Source: an uncultured virus (IMG/VR IMGVR_UViG_3300023184_009054) (lineage: Duplodnaviria > Heunggongvirae > Uroviricota > Caudoviricetes). From it: DNA of 20,000 nucleotides. Shown in pieces: positions 1 to 7,833 of this stretch. Under the pieces are notes generated by a model. It saw nothing but the letters and a program-made list of their open reading frames with translations, made no database searches and was not told the DNA's origin. Within the stretch, counting starts at the first letter, position 1. The number at the start of each line of letters is the position of its first letter. The stretch lies in the IMG/VR virus record IMGVR_UViG_3300023184_009054; one strand, given 5' to 3'. Both the position numbers and the translations under genes were made by a program.

Positions 1-253
1 TTACCTTTTTTTCATATTTGTATTTAGCATAATCCATAATTTTGCAAAGTGGAGGATTAGCATTTGGAATAACTTCCACTAAATCAAAATTAGATTCTTC
101 TGCAAGCCTTCTTGCATTTTCAGTTGACATAATTCCAAGCTGCTCTTCATTTCTTACGACTCTTACAGTAAGAACTCTAATTTGATAATTTATTCTAAGT
201 TCGCTAGGTTTTTTTGGATCTTTATCATAATTCCGATAATTCTGATGATGCAT
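1..253 (-). CDS. infC: Translation initiation factor IF-3, N-terminal part (runs off the left edge)
   Basis: Manual translation from ATG at 253: MHHQNYRNYDKDPKKPSELRINYQIRVLTVRVVRNEEQLGIMSTENARRLAEESNFDLVEVIPNANPPLCKIMDYAKYKYEKKV. Matches the IF3-N signature (RIN..IR...VR....EQLG......A...A.....DLVEV.P.A.PP.C.IMDY.K.KYE). The ATG overlaps the upstream stop (TAATG) and has AAGGA upstream. Confidence 0.96.
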   Translation of the reverse strand, partial: MHHQNYRNYDKDPKKPSELRINYQIRVLTVRVVRNEEQLGIMSTENARRLAEESNFDLVEVIPNANPPLCKIMDYAKYKYEKKV

Positions 254-1800
254 TAAATACTTTCCTTGGTAAATGTCACATTTATAAGACTAATTTCTTT
301 AGATTTCAGAGATGTAGATATAACGCTGTCTAATTCATCTTTGTTAGATACAATAAATCCATTGCCGAAATTAAAAAATTGCTTAAACTTTTCAATATTA
401 TAAAATTTATTCATGTTATTACTTAGTATAAAAATTATAGGATTAAGTTTATTTTGAAACAAAGTGTGCAATTCGATCATGGAAATATTAAATGAATTTT
501 CACTCAACAATACAATTGGTCTAAGTTCTGGCCTTGATAGTTGTAAGCCCAAAGACCCCGGAATTGCAAATCCTGTAGAGTAATGAAATGCAGGGCTAAA
601 AAATCTATTTTCATAAACCCTCAATCTGGAAGCACTTGTGAGGAAATCGCCAGCATCAGCTATTATTGCCAAATTATTATCTTTGCATATAAGATCATTG
701 ATTTTATTGAAAAAATATTTTTCAGAAATGTATTCGTTATTTTTACAATCATCAAAATATTCATTATTTTTATAATTTTCAATTTTTGACTTAGAAAGAA
801 AATTTATTTCAAATAAAGAATTACAAAAATCAGAAAATGTTACATTATTGTAAACATGATTCTTTATATAAAGACCTTCAGTAGAGCAAAAAACAACATG
901 CCTTTTAGTAAATCTTGGAGATTGAAATCCAAGAGTCACATCTGATAAACATTCTCCAAAAACCAACAGACAGTCAGATTGATCTATGATTGCATTCACA
1001 TTTTCATCAGATGTTTTAGATCCGCAATAAACCCCACGAAACAAATGATTGTTCTCATCAACTGAACTTTTTCCAAGCAATGTTGTCATAAATGGAATAT
1101 TGTGCTTTTCTGCAAATCTAACAATCTTTTTGCTTAGTCCATATCTTATAATTTGAACGCCTATTAATATCACAGGGCTTTTACTTTCGGCAATCCAATC
1201 TGAAGTTTCTTTTATTGAATCCTGTAATGTTTCTTTGTCACTTGTTTTGCTATTTGGAGTTCCATCACGATAAACATCATATCTGATTGGTGTATTAGCT
1301 ACATCTATAGGAAGCTCTAAATAAATAGGCTGCTTGTTTTTCACAAGTGCCTCCAATCCCTCATCGATAGCCAGACCTGCTTTTGTAGCATCATTTAAAA
1401 TAGTCGAATAACAAGTAATGTTTTTAAATATTTTCTGTTGGTTGTCAAAACTTCTCACGACATGATGTAATAAAAAATCTTCATTCCTTGATTTTATAGG
1501 AGGTGACATGGATATCACAATGACTGGTGATTTCTCTGAGTATGCACCCGCAATTGAATTACAAAGCTTTAAAGCTCCAGCATTGTAATTCGCACAAACG
1601 CAACCAGTTCCTTGAATCCTAGCGTAAATGTCAGCAGCAAATCCAGAACTGTTTTCATCTTTATTGGCAATAAATTTTATTTTAGAATTATTATTTATAT
1701 TTTCTATGAAATTATTATTGTGACCACCAACAACTCCAAAAATGTGTTTAACACCAATGTTTTCAAGCCTTTCAATCAAAAAATTTGAAACTAGTGACAT
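253..1800 (-). CDS. Thiamine diphosphate-dependent 2-oxoacid decarboxylase family protein (pyruvate/indolepyruvate decarboxylase-like), degenerate cofactor motif
   Basis: L.ERL..IGVKHIFGV.G, DE...GFAADIYAR, GAYSEKSPVI, LLHH, KQPIYLELPID, TTLLGKS, GFAIPGSLG. The GDG motif is replaced by SEN. Confidence 0.9.
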   Translation of the reverse strand: MSLVSNFLIERLENIGVKHIFGVVGGHNNNFIENINNNSKIKFIANKDENSSGFAADIYARIQGTGCVCANYNAGALKLCNSIAGAYSEKSPVIVISMSPPIKSRNEDFLLHHVVRSFDNQQKIFKNITCYSTILNDATKAGLAIDEGLEALVKNKQPIYLELPIDVANTPIRYDVYRDGTPNSKTSDKETLQDSIKETSDWIAESKSPVILIGVQIIRYGLSKKIVRFAEKHNIPFMTTLLGKSSVDENNHLFRGVYCGSKTSDENVNAIIDQSDCLLVFGECLSDVTLGFQSPRFTKRHVVFCSTEGLYIKNHVYNNVTFSDFCNSLFEINFLSKSKIENYKNNEYFDDCKNNEYISEKYFFNKINDLICKDNNLAIIADAGDFLTSASRLRVYENRFFSPAFHYSTGFAIPGSLGLQLSRPELRPIVLLSENSFNISMIELHTLFQNKLNPIIFILSNNMNKFYNIEKFKQFFNFGNGFIVSNKDELDSVISTSLKSKEISLINVTFTKESI

Positions 1801-1807
1801 AATTTTC

Positions 1808-2575
1808 TCATATCTCTGATGTTGGACTATCTGAAATTTTTAAAATATAGCCTTCGGCATCTACTGGGAATCTTCTAATCCATTCGATGTTGGGAGGTAT
1901 GTTGCAGTGATAGTCAATATTGCTAGGATCTATAAAACTTGGAGTTACCGATAATGATTCTAAGTTTAGTGGCACAACCATTTTCATGAGTTTAAATTCT
2001 AAAAAGTAACAACCTGGAAAACAGGTGTCTCCATTTTTCCATGGATATACGAAATAACTTTCTTGTAAAACATCTTTAGTTGTCATTCCATCAACGCCAA
2101 TCACATCTTGGTAGACCATTTCTGTTTGGGCAGAAGAATTCATAAACTTTATAATTTTTATAGGTTGACCTTTTTTCCAATTTTGAACAATTGTTCCATG
2201 ATAACCTCTTTGTACTTGAATGTAATAATTAGATTCATCAAAGGCGGTTACCAACAAATGCTCCGTCTGTCTTGGTCTATCAACTATTATAACATCACCA
2301 ATCATAATCTGATTAAATCCAATATTGTCAGCAAGGGAAAAATATGTATCTGTGCTGCTGACTGCAAATTTGAATTTCCCATTTGACCACATCGAAGCTT
2401 CTAACACGAGATCGGTAAGATCTAAAGGACCATCACAATCTTCAATCTTTACTTTAAAATCAGGCTTTGTATCGTTTCTTCTCAGAGTGAAGTCGGGGCA
2501 TACACCACTTTTACAACCATATTGGTCAATGCATCCGCTACTCTGACCCGTGTATTTGTTTGAATTGCAACTCAT
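1808..2575 (-). CDS. Hypothetical protein, possible virion/baseplate (BppU-N-like) structural protein
   Basis: FTLRRNDTKPDFKVKIEDCDGPLDLT and Y.W..GDT...G.Y.LEF resemble phage baseplate upper-protein N-terminal domains. ATG at 2575 is preferred over TTG at 2590. Confidence 0.5.
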   Translation of the reverse strand: MSCNSNKYTGQSSGCIDQYGCKSGVCPDFTLRRNDTKPDFKVKIEDCDGPLDLTDLVLEASMWSNGKFKFAVSSTDTYFSLADNIGFNQIMIGDVIIVDRPRQTEHLLVTAFDESNYYIQVQRGYHGTIVQNWKKGQPIKIIKFMNSSAQTEMVYQDVIGVDGMTTKDVLQESYFVYPWKNGDTCFPGCYFLEFKLMKMVVPLNLESLSVTPSFIDPSNIDYHCNIPPNIEWIRRFPVDAEGYILKISDSPTSEI

Positions 2576-2594
2576 ATAATATTTATCCAATCCC

Positions 2595-3032
2595 TTAAAA
2601 TATCTCAGCTTGTTGTATTAAAAATATGTAATCCTTTATCCAATGAAGGTTTCCATCGTATTTTTGCAAATCTATATTTGCACTTAAACACAACTGCTCG
2701 ACTTCATTATTTATCACTTCTGTTTCAATATAAACAATTTTTTTCACCAAAGAATTAGCTAAAATTATCAAAGATTCAAATAATGGCGTGTAAGTTAAAT
2801 AAAGAATACCAGAAACATCAAAAATTTTAAGATTAGTAAACAAATATATTTCTGGCTCTAAAACAAATATACCTTGCTCAGAACTAATGCCTTTGGGCTT
2901 ATTCTCAGAACTAATATAAATTATATTATTTGTGTCACAAAATAACGCTATTTTTCTTTGCTTAGATTTAACTGATGATAGAAGAGCAATTCCAATATGA
3001 TAATCATCATTTTTCAATCTCTGAACTTCCAT
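2595..3032 (-). CDS. dCMP/cytidine deaminase-fold protein lacking zinc ligands
   Basis: DDYHIGIALLSS.KS ... LYLTYTP ... LVKKIVY follows the dCMP deaminase pattern, but HAE reads EPE and PCxxC reads PLFES. Confidence 0.65.
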   Translation of the reverse strand: MEVQRLKNDDYHIGIALLSSVKSKQRKIALFCDTNNIIYISSENKPKGISSEQGIFVLEPEIYLFTNLKIFDVSGILYLTYTPLFESLIILANSLVKKIVYIETEVINNEVEQLCLSANIDLQKYDGNLHWIKDYIFLIQQAEIF

Positions 3033-3443
3033 TTAATCACCAACCATTTGAAGAAATTCAACGGATAAATTGTCATAGTCATTAATATTTATAAAATCTT
3101 TCAACAATTTCTTTTGTGTTCTGTCCATGAGTTTCATACAAATTTTTGAAGAAAGTGGAATTTTTATTTCCCATGAATTATGAATATGCAAACAAGCCAC
3201 TCCTTGGATGCTTCCCAATCTATAATAATCAACACATTCTTTTACATAAAAATCAGATGCACAATCGTATGAATAGCCACTAATAGCTATTCCTTTTTCG
3301 CATGGTATATTTAACAATTTGTTTTTGCATGGATTGATATTATCTATAAAAACCGCAACAAGATATGTTGTTTGACTTACATCCAAAGAAATATTTAATT
3401 CTTTTTTTTGCAATTTACACAATGAATTTAAATTCGTAGCCAT
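3033..3443 (-). CDS. Hypothetical protein (136 aa)
   Basis: The ORF stop directly abuts the next ATG. A consensus-like promoter lies immediately upstream. Confidence 0.75.
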   Translation of the reverse strand: MATNLNSLCKLQKKELNISLDVSQTTYLVAVFIDNINPCKNKLLNIPCEKGIAISGYSYDCASDFYVKECVDYYRLGSIQGVACLHIHNSWEIKIPLSSKICMKLMDRTQKKLLKDFININDYDNLSVEFLQMVGD

Positions 3444-3448
3444 AACCT

Positions 3449-3477
3449 ATTCTAATGCTGATTTAAATCTATTTCAA
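3449..3477 (-). promoter_or_regulatory. Sigma70-type promoter TTGAAA-N17-TAGAAT
   Basis: Minus strand reads TTGAAA tagatttaaatcagcat TAGAAT aggtt ATG. Both boxes match 5/6 and the spacer is 17 nt. Confidence 0.7.
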
Positions 3478-3491
3478 TTATAAATTTAGCC

Positions 3492-4034
3492 TTATTTTTT
3501 AATTACTTTTTTAATTACTTTCTTAATTACTTTTTTAATTACCTTCTTATCATCCTTCTCAACCACCTTCTTATCATCTTTTTTAGCTACTTTCTTATCG
3601 TCTTTCTTAGCTACTTTCTTATCGTCTTTCTTGTCATCTTTTTCAGCTTCTTTGCTTTCATCATCCTCTACGCTAACACCATGTTTTTTCATGATTTCTT
3701 TCATTTTATCTTGTGTTTCTTTTTTATTTTTCAACAGCTTTAATTCCCAAATATCTTTAGCCAAAAACTCAATCGAAGACATAAACTTGTCAAAATTCAA
3801 ATCTCTTGGCATAGGCTTTTTAGCCTCTCCAATCATATGGCTTTTCTTTTTGTGTCTTTTCTTTTTGTGACTTTTCTTTAATGCCTTTTTCAATCTTGTG
3901 ACTTGCCAAGGAGGTGGAGTTCCATGGCCAAATATGTCCGCAACAGGGGGAGCCAAGCCTAATGCAGCTTGTGTTTTAATCCTTGTTGCTGAACTTGATT
4001 CTTTTACTTTCAAAAAATTAGAAAATGTTATCAT
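3492..4034 (-). CDS. Lys-rich hypothetical protein with C-terminal repeats, possible head-internal/DNA-binding protein
   Basis: N-terminus MITFSNFLKVKE; basic tract KKSHKKKRHKKK; tail of KDDKKV(A/V) and VIKK repeats. Confidence 0.75.
   Translation of the reverse strand: MITFSNFLKVKESSSATRIKTQAALGLAPPVADIFGHGTPPPWQVTRLKKALKKSHKKKRHKKKSHMIGEAKKPMPRDLNFDKFMSSIEFLAKDIWELKLLKNKKETQDKMKEIMKKHGVSVEDDESKEAEKDDKKDDKKVAKKDDKKVAKKDDKKVVEKDDKKVIKKVIKKVIKKVIKK
3495..3640 (-). repeat. Coding tandem repeats (24-nt KKDDKKVA-type units and 12-nt VIKK units)
   Basis: Imperfect in-frame tandem units are visible in both DNA and protein. Confidence 0.85.
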
Positions 4035-4041
4035 GCCATAT

Positions 4042-4359
4042 TTATGCTTCGGGAAATGAGTTTAATGAGAATTTTCCACTTTCTATTTCAGAAAGAAATT
4101 CTAAATTCATTTCCTTTTTAGCCTTACGATGTGAGTCTTCTATCAATTTGAATCTAGAATACATAAATTGCATATATCTTTTTTTACAAAAAATACCAGT
4201 ATGATCTACAAAGTTATCATAATTTCCAAATACCAAAAGATATGAAATAAAATTTTCTTGTATTCCAGTAGAAAAATACTTCATAAGATACCTCTTATCT
4301 TTTGGTATCTTGTAATCAAAAAATTCACCTGAGATAAACAAAGCATCATTATTAGACAT
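4042..4359 (-). CDS. Hypothetical protein (105 aa)
   Basis: Overlaps the upstream gene by 8 nt on the same strand. Confidence 0.75.
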   Translation of the reverse strand: MSNNDALFISGEFFDYKIPKDKRYLMKYFSTGIQENFISYLLVFGNYDNFVDHTGIFCKKRYMQFMYSRFKLIEDSHRKAKKEMNLEFLSEIESGKFSLNSFPEA

Positions 4360-4756
4360 TAATCTTTATACCTTTAACATATTTCAAATATATAAGCATC
4401 ATTCCGCCAGCAAATTTTTGAGGTATTCCACTTTTGCATAATAAATTTAATGTCTCATTAACAATTTTAATATCTTCCGTTATATCTCCTATTTTTTTTA
4501 ATTCAACAAAATTTGAATCTTTCATAGAATCATAAGCAATCTTTACACCATCGATTAAAGTGGTTGAAGATACCATTGAGATTTTTCTAGGGTCTGTTAA
4601 TATATATTTTGGAACTTTTCCACCACAATGCATGATTTTATCAGCAAAAAATCTATCAATACAAGACTTTAAAAAGTCTTTTGAATTCTCCGAAATTGCA
4701 TTTGCACTATCATTTATATCATTTTCAAAATCATCATCAAAATCTTCATTTTGCAC
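4352..4756 (-). CDS. Hypothetical protein (134 aa), acidic N-terminus
   Basis: GTG start preceded by AAGGAG. Confidence 0.8.
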   Translation of the reverse strand: MQNEDFDDDFENDINDSANAISENSKDFLKSCIDRFFADKIMHCGGKVPKYILTDPRKISMVSSTTLIDGVKIAYDSMKDSNFVELKKIGDITEDIKIVNETLNLLCKSGIPQKFAGGMMLIYLKYVKGIKINV

Positions 4757-4823
4757 AGTAAACTCCTTTTCAACTTAAACAAAATTACAAAGAATAATCT
4801 ACATACTTAAAACAGGAGGTCAA

Positions 4824-5330
4824 ATGAAAAAAACACTTTTCATCATTATTTTTATAATTTTTATTTCTGGCTGTGGTAATTTCAATCCTCGTCTTCAAAA
4901 TAGGATAGCTAACGAGAATGGTAAAATTGAAGACATTAGAAATAATCAAAATGGATTTATGCTTGAGTTAGGAAAACTTCGTAACGAAGCACAAATACAA
5001 AACTCACAACTCAAAGAGGTGCAGCAGGGAATGTTGAACATGAACAATGCCTTATCTCGCAATGAAAACAGTGGAATACAAATACTTCAAGGAGATGGAT
5101 CGCTTATGCTTATATTCGCTTTGGCATCAATCGGTATGTTGCTTTTTTACTATAGAAATAAAGCAAATAATAATGAAAAAATTGCCAATATGCTTGCTGT
5201 AGAAGTGGCTAGATTCAATGACCCAAATTTAAATGATAACATTTTAAGAACTTCCATGTTTACCTCGGTTGAATCAAAAGTGTTCAAACTATTGAACACG
5301 CATGCAAAGAAGATATCACCGAAATCTTAA
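4824..5330 (+). CDS. Predicted lipoprotein with coiled coil and internal transmembrane helix
   Basis: MKK + hydrophobic stretch + lipobox ISG/C; Gln/Asn-rich heptad region; TM segment LMLIFALASIGMLLFYY followed by RNK; strong SD AGGAGG. Confidence 0.8.
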   Translation: MKKTLFIIIFIIFISGCGNFNPRLQNRIANENGKIEDIRNNQNGFMLELGKLRNEAQIQNSQLKEVQQGMLNMNNALSRNENSGIQILQGDGSLMLIFALASIGMLLFYYRNKANNNEKIANMLAVEVARFNDPNLNDNILRTSMFTSVESKVFKLLNTHAKKISPKS

Positions 5331-5339
5331 AAGTAAAGT

Positions 5340-5621
5340 CTAAAGAATATCATATCCTTGAACAATGTTTTTAAGCTTAATATATCCTGAGCAATTGTCA
5401 CCCAAAGGAACTTTTTGCGAATGTGGATTTTTGCCTTTATTTTTCGACTCTTTTAAAAATTCCACAACTCGCTTGTCAATAATTGCTTTTTTTTCTGCAA
5501 TTAATTTGAGGCAGTAATGTTTAGATGGATCGAGATCATCCTTCTCCAAGTACTTACACATACCACTAGGACTTGAGATGGAGCCAGAACAAACATTTTT
5601 TATTTGCTTTAAACTTAACAC
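5340..5621 (-). CDS. Hypothetical Cys-containing protein (about 93 aa)
   Basis: Likely GTG start at 5621 just after the def stop, with AGGA upstream; four spaced Cys residues. Confidence 0.65.
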   Translation of the reverse strand: MLSLKQIKNVCSGSISSPSGMCKYLEKDDLDPSKHYCLKLIAEKKAIIDKRVVEFLKESKNKGKNPHSQKVPLGDNCSGYIKLKNIVQGYDIL

Positions 5622-5622
5622 A

Positions 5623-6123
5623 TTAATTCCTATGAATGTAAATTGGCTTACCAATTTGTGAAATTAAAATTCCATTTTGATGATCTATTTCATGTTGATA
5701 AATAATAGAATTGAAATTATCAACATCTTCCTCAAATTCACTAATTACGAGCATTGGATTATTGTCAGAAACCAATAGCCTTTTACCTTTTATCTTAATT
5801 TTTTCAAATCTGTCAACTTCGTACCTTTGAAGATTTCCATTAGAATCTTTCAAAGACAGACACCCCTCAATGGATTTAACCTTTTCTCCAACACCTTCAT
5901 AACTACAATGAAAAAAATATTCATTTTTTTTTAAATTAATGATAACAAAAAAATCATATGGAATTCCAACTTGGACTGCTGACAATCCGACCCCATTGTT
6001 ATCAAGGCAAATTTGCTCCATATGCATCCCAAGCTTGTATAAATCCAAAAGATTATCAGTTGGAGTTATACATGCTAAAGGAATATCTTTGGTGTCTACT
6101 AATCGCAAAGACTTAAAGTCCAT
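5623..6123 (-). CDS. def: Peptide deformylase
   Basis: All three motifs present: GVGLSAVQ, EGCLS, QHEIDHQNG. Confidence 0.96.
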   Translation of the reverse strand: MDFKSLRLVDTKDIPLACITPTDNLLDLYKLGMHMEQICLDNNGVGLSAVQVGIPYDFFVIINLKKNEYFFHCSYEGVGEKVKSIEGCLSLKDSNGNLQRYEVDRFEKIKIKGKRLLVSDNNPMLVISEFEEDVDNFNSIIYQHEIDHQNGILISQIGKPIYIHRN

Positions 6124-6124
6124 A

Positions 6125-6388
6125 TTAGTCCTTTAAAGATGATAAAGTTTTTACGATTAGCTCTACCCTTTGGTCAATCCAACTCTTCAACATGACTTTT
6201 TCTTTGCGAAGGTCTTTTGGAATCTTCAAAACAACCATGTCAACATTATCTTCTTCATTTAAGAATTTGTCTGCTAAATCACGAATCAATTTAGAAACAG
6301 ACACATCCCTTTTCTTTGCTACAATCTTTAGCCTGTCTTGAATATCCAAATCCATAGACAAGCTCATGATATTAACTTTCTTAGCCAT
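6125..6388 (-). CDS. Ribbon-helix-helix (CopG-like) DNA-binding protein
   Basis: IMSLSMD (strand), LDIQDRLKIVAKKRD (helix), VSVSKLIRDLADKFL (helix); SD AGGAG. Confidence 0.7.
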   Translation of the reverse strand: MAKKVNIMSLSMDLDIQDRLKIVAKKRDVSVSKLIRDLADKFLNEEDNVDMVVLKIPKDLRKEKVMLKSWIDQRVELIVKTLSSLKD

Positions 6389-6396
6389 AAAATCTC

Positions 6397-6687
6397 CTAT
6401 ACTTTTTTGTTTCTACGAAAAGGCTTATTATCTTTCTTTTCAGTTTTTCGATTAGGAAAATTTTCTCGCAACTTCATTTTAAGTCTTTGAAGTTCTGCAT
6501 CTCTTTTCTTTTTTCTCTTTTTCTTAGATTCGCTTTCATAGAACTCATGCTCTTTATAATCATGCAGCACTCCAGCATCTGTTACTGCTTTTTTAAAAGT
6601 TGCAAACATTCTTCTAAATGCAATTTCCCTTTCATCTCTAGAACAATTTGGATGCATATCCCTTAGTTCCACTCTTACATTTCTCAT
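6397..6687 (-). CDS. rpsU: Ribosomal protein bS21-like, divergent
   Basis: N-terminal VRVEL, then F..FKKAVTDAGVLHDYKEHEFYESESKKKRKKKRDA, matching the bS21 pattern RRFK+....G+L.E.+.REFYEKPS..R+RK..A. Confidence 0.85.
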   Translation of the reverse strand: MRNVRVELRDMHPNCSRDEREIAFRRMFATFKKAVTDAGVLHDYKEHEFYESESKKKRKKKRDAELQRLKMKLRENFPNRKTEKKDNKPFRRNKKV

Positions 6688-6696
6688 AAAAACACC

Positions 6697-7833
6697 TTAA
6701 TCCCTATTTATTTTAAATAATTTTTTACCCAACTTTATGGTTTCTATAGTTCTAACGCTTTCTTTATAAGAAACCTTTTTCCAACTTTCAGAAGTTGTTG
6801 GCCATAATTCACGATCTAATTCTGGTAGGAATTTGTTTAATCGATTGACTATGTTCTGCAAAATATCACCATTCCAACTTTGAATATTTCCATCTTTTAT
6901 AATAGTAGAAAATGTAAAAATATATTGCTTTGGTAATTCTAAAGCACACATATCATCAGATTCGTATTCTTTAAGATTGTTAAATCTCGATCTTTCATCA
7001 ATACATAAAAATGGAGTTCTAGCCATTATTGCAAATCGTGATATGCCATTAAAAACATCAAGAACACATCCACTTAATCTCATGGCAGAAAGAATCTTAC
7101 TTATATCTTTATCGTTTATAAAAAGACAAGAATCTAAAAGTTCAGAAGAAATGTCGTATGTGAAATTATTTTGCCATATTATTGGAACAAAATTTTCACT
7201 TATTAGCTTTTTAGCAAGCTGTATATAAAAATCTTTAGTTGATTTGAAATTTCTAGATTTGCCATTATGCCACTGTTTGCAATAAATAGTGGGAGAAAAC
7301 AAAACTTTAAATCCAGCCATCAAATTTGCTTGTTTTGTAAATTCTTTTCCCAATATAGAAGATGAAGGAACAAAGGGTAAAAATGTTTCTATTGGATTGC
7401 TAGAAAATTCTTTTTTAAATCCTTTATTGCAAGGTAAAAAAACATCTTTAATATCAATTACACTTCTAAAAAACTCATTCAAATTTCTTGTATAAATGCT
7501 TGCAATGTCTGATGTGTTCTGAAACCCATCAGATTTCTCATACATTCTTGATAATTGAGATTCATCTGAAAAACCCCAATACTCATCAACATAAGGAAAC
7601 AAACTTGCATTACCAGGCCAAGAACATAAAATGAAATATCTACTAGATTTAAATTGTTTCTTGTAATTGTGCAAAAGAAAAGAAGATAACAAAAATGTAT
7701 TTCTATAATCGCCAAAAAAAGGAAGGACACAAATGTCACTAAATTCTGTAGGAATGTTATTTTCATGGTATCTTTCTCTTTCATAGCCGTTTCTATGGGA
7801 GGCTCTTTTTAAGAAATCTGATACTGAGTTCAA
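6697..7833 (-). CDS. GT-B fold glycosyltransferase-like protein (GT9/heptosyltransferase-like)
   Basis: SLFPYVDEYW near the N-terminus; C-terminal ILSAMRLSGCVLDVFNGISRFAIMARTPFLCI resembles the GT9 segment. TTG start overlaps the upstream stop. Confidence 0.6.
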   Translation of the reverse strand: MNSVSDFLKRASHRNGYERERYHENNIPTEFSDICVLPFFGDYRNTFLLSSFLLHNYKKQFKSSRYFILCSWPGNASLFPYVDEYWGFSDESQLSRMYEKSDGFQNTSDIASIYTRNLNEFFRSVIDIKDVFLPCNKGFKKEFSSNPIETFLPFVPSSSILGKEFTKQANLMAGFKVLFSPTIYCKQWHNGKSRNFKSTKDFYIQLAKKLISENFVPIIWQNNFTYDISSELLDSCLFINDKDISKILSAMRLSGCVLDVFNGISRFAIMARTPFLCIDERSRFNNLKEYESDDMCALELPKQYIFTFSTIIKDGNIQSWNGDILQNIVNRLNKFLPELDRELWPTTSESWKKVSYKESVRTIETIKLGKKLFKINRD

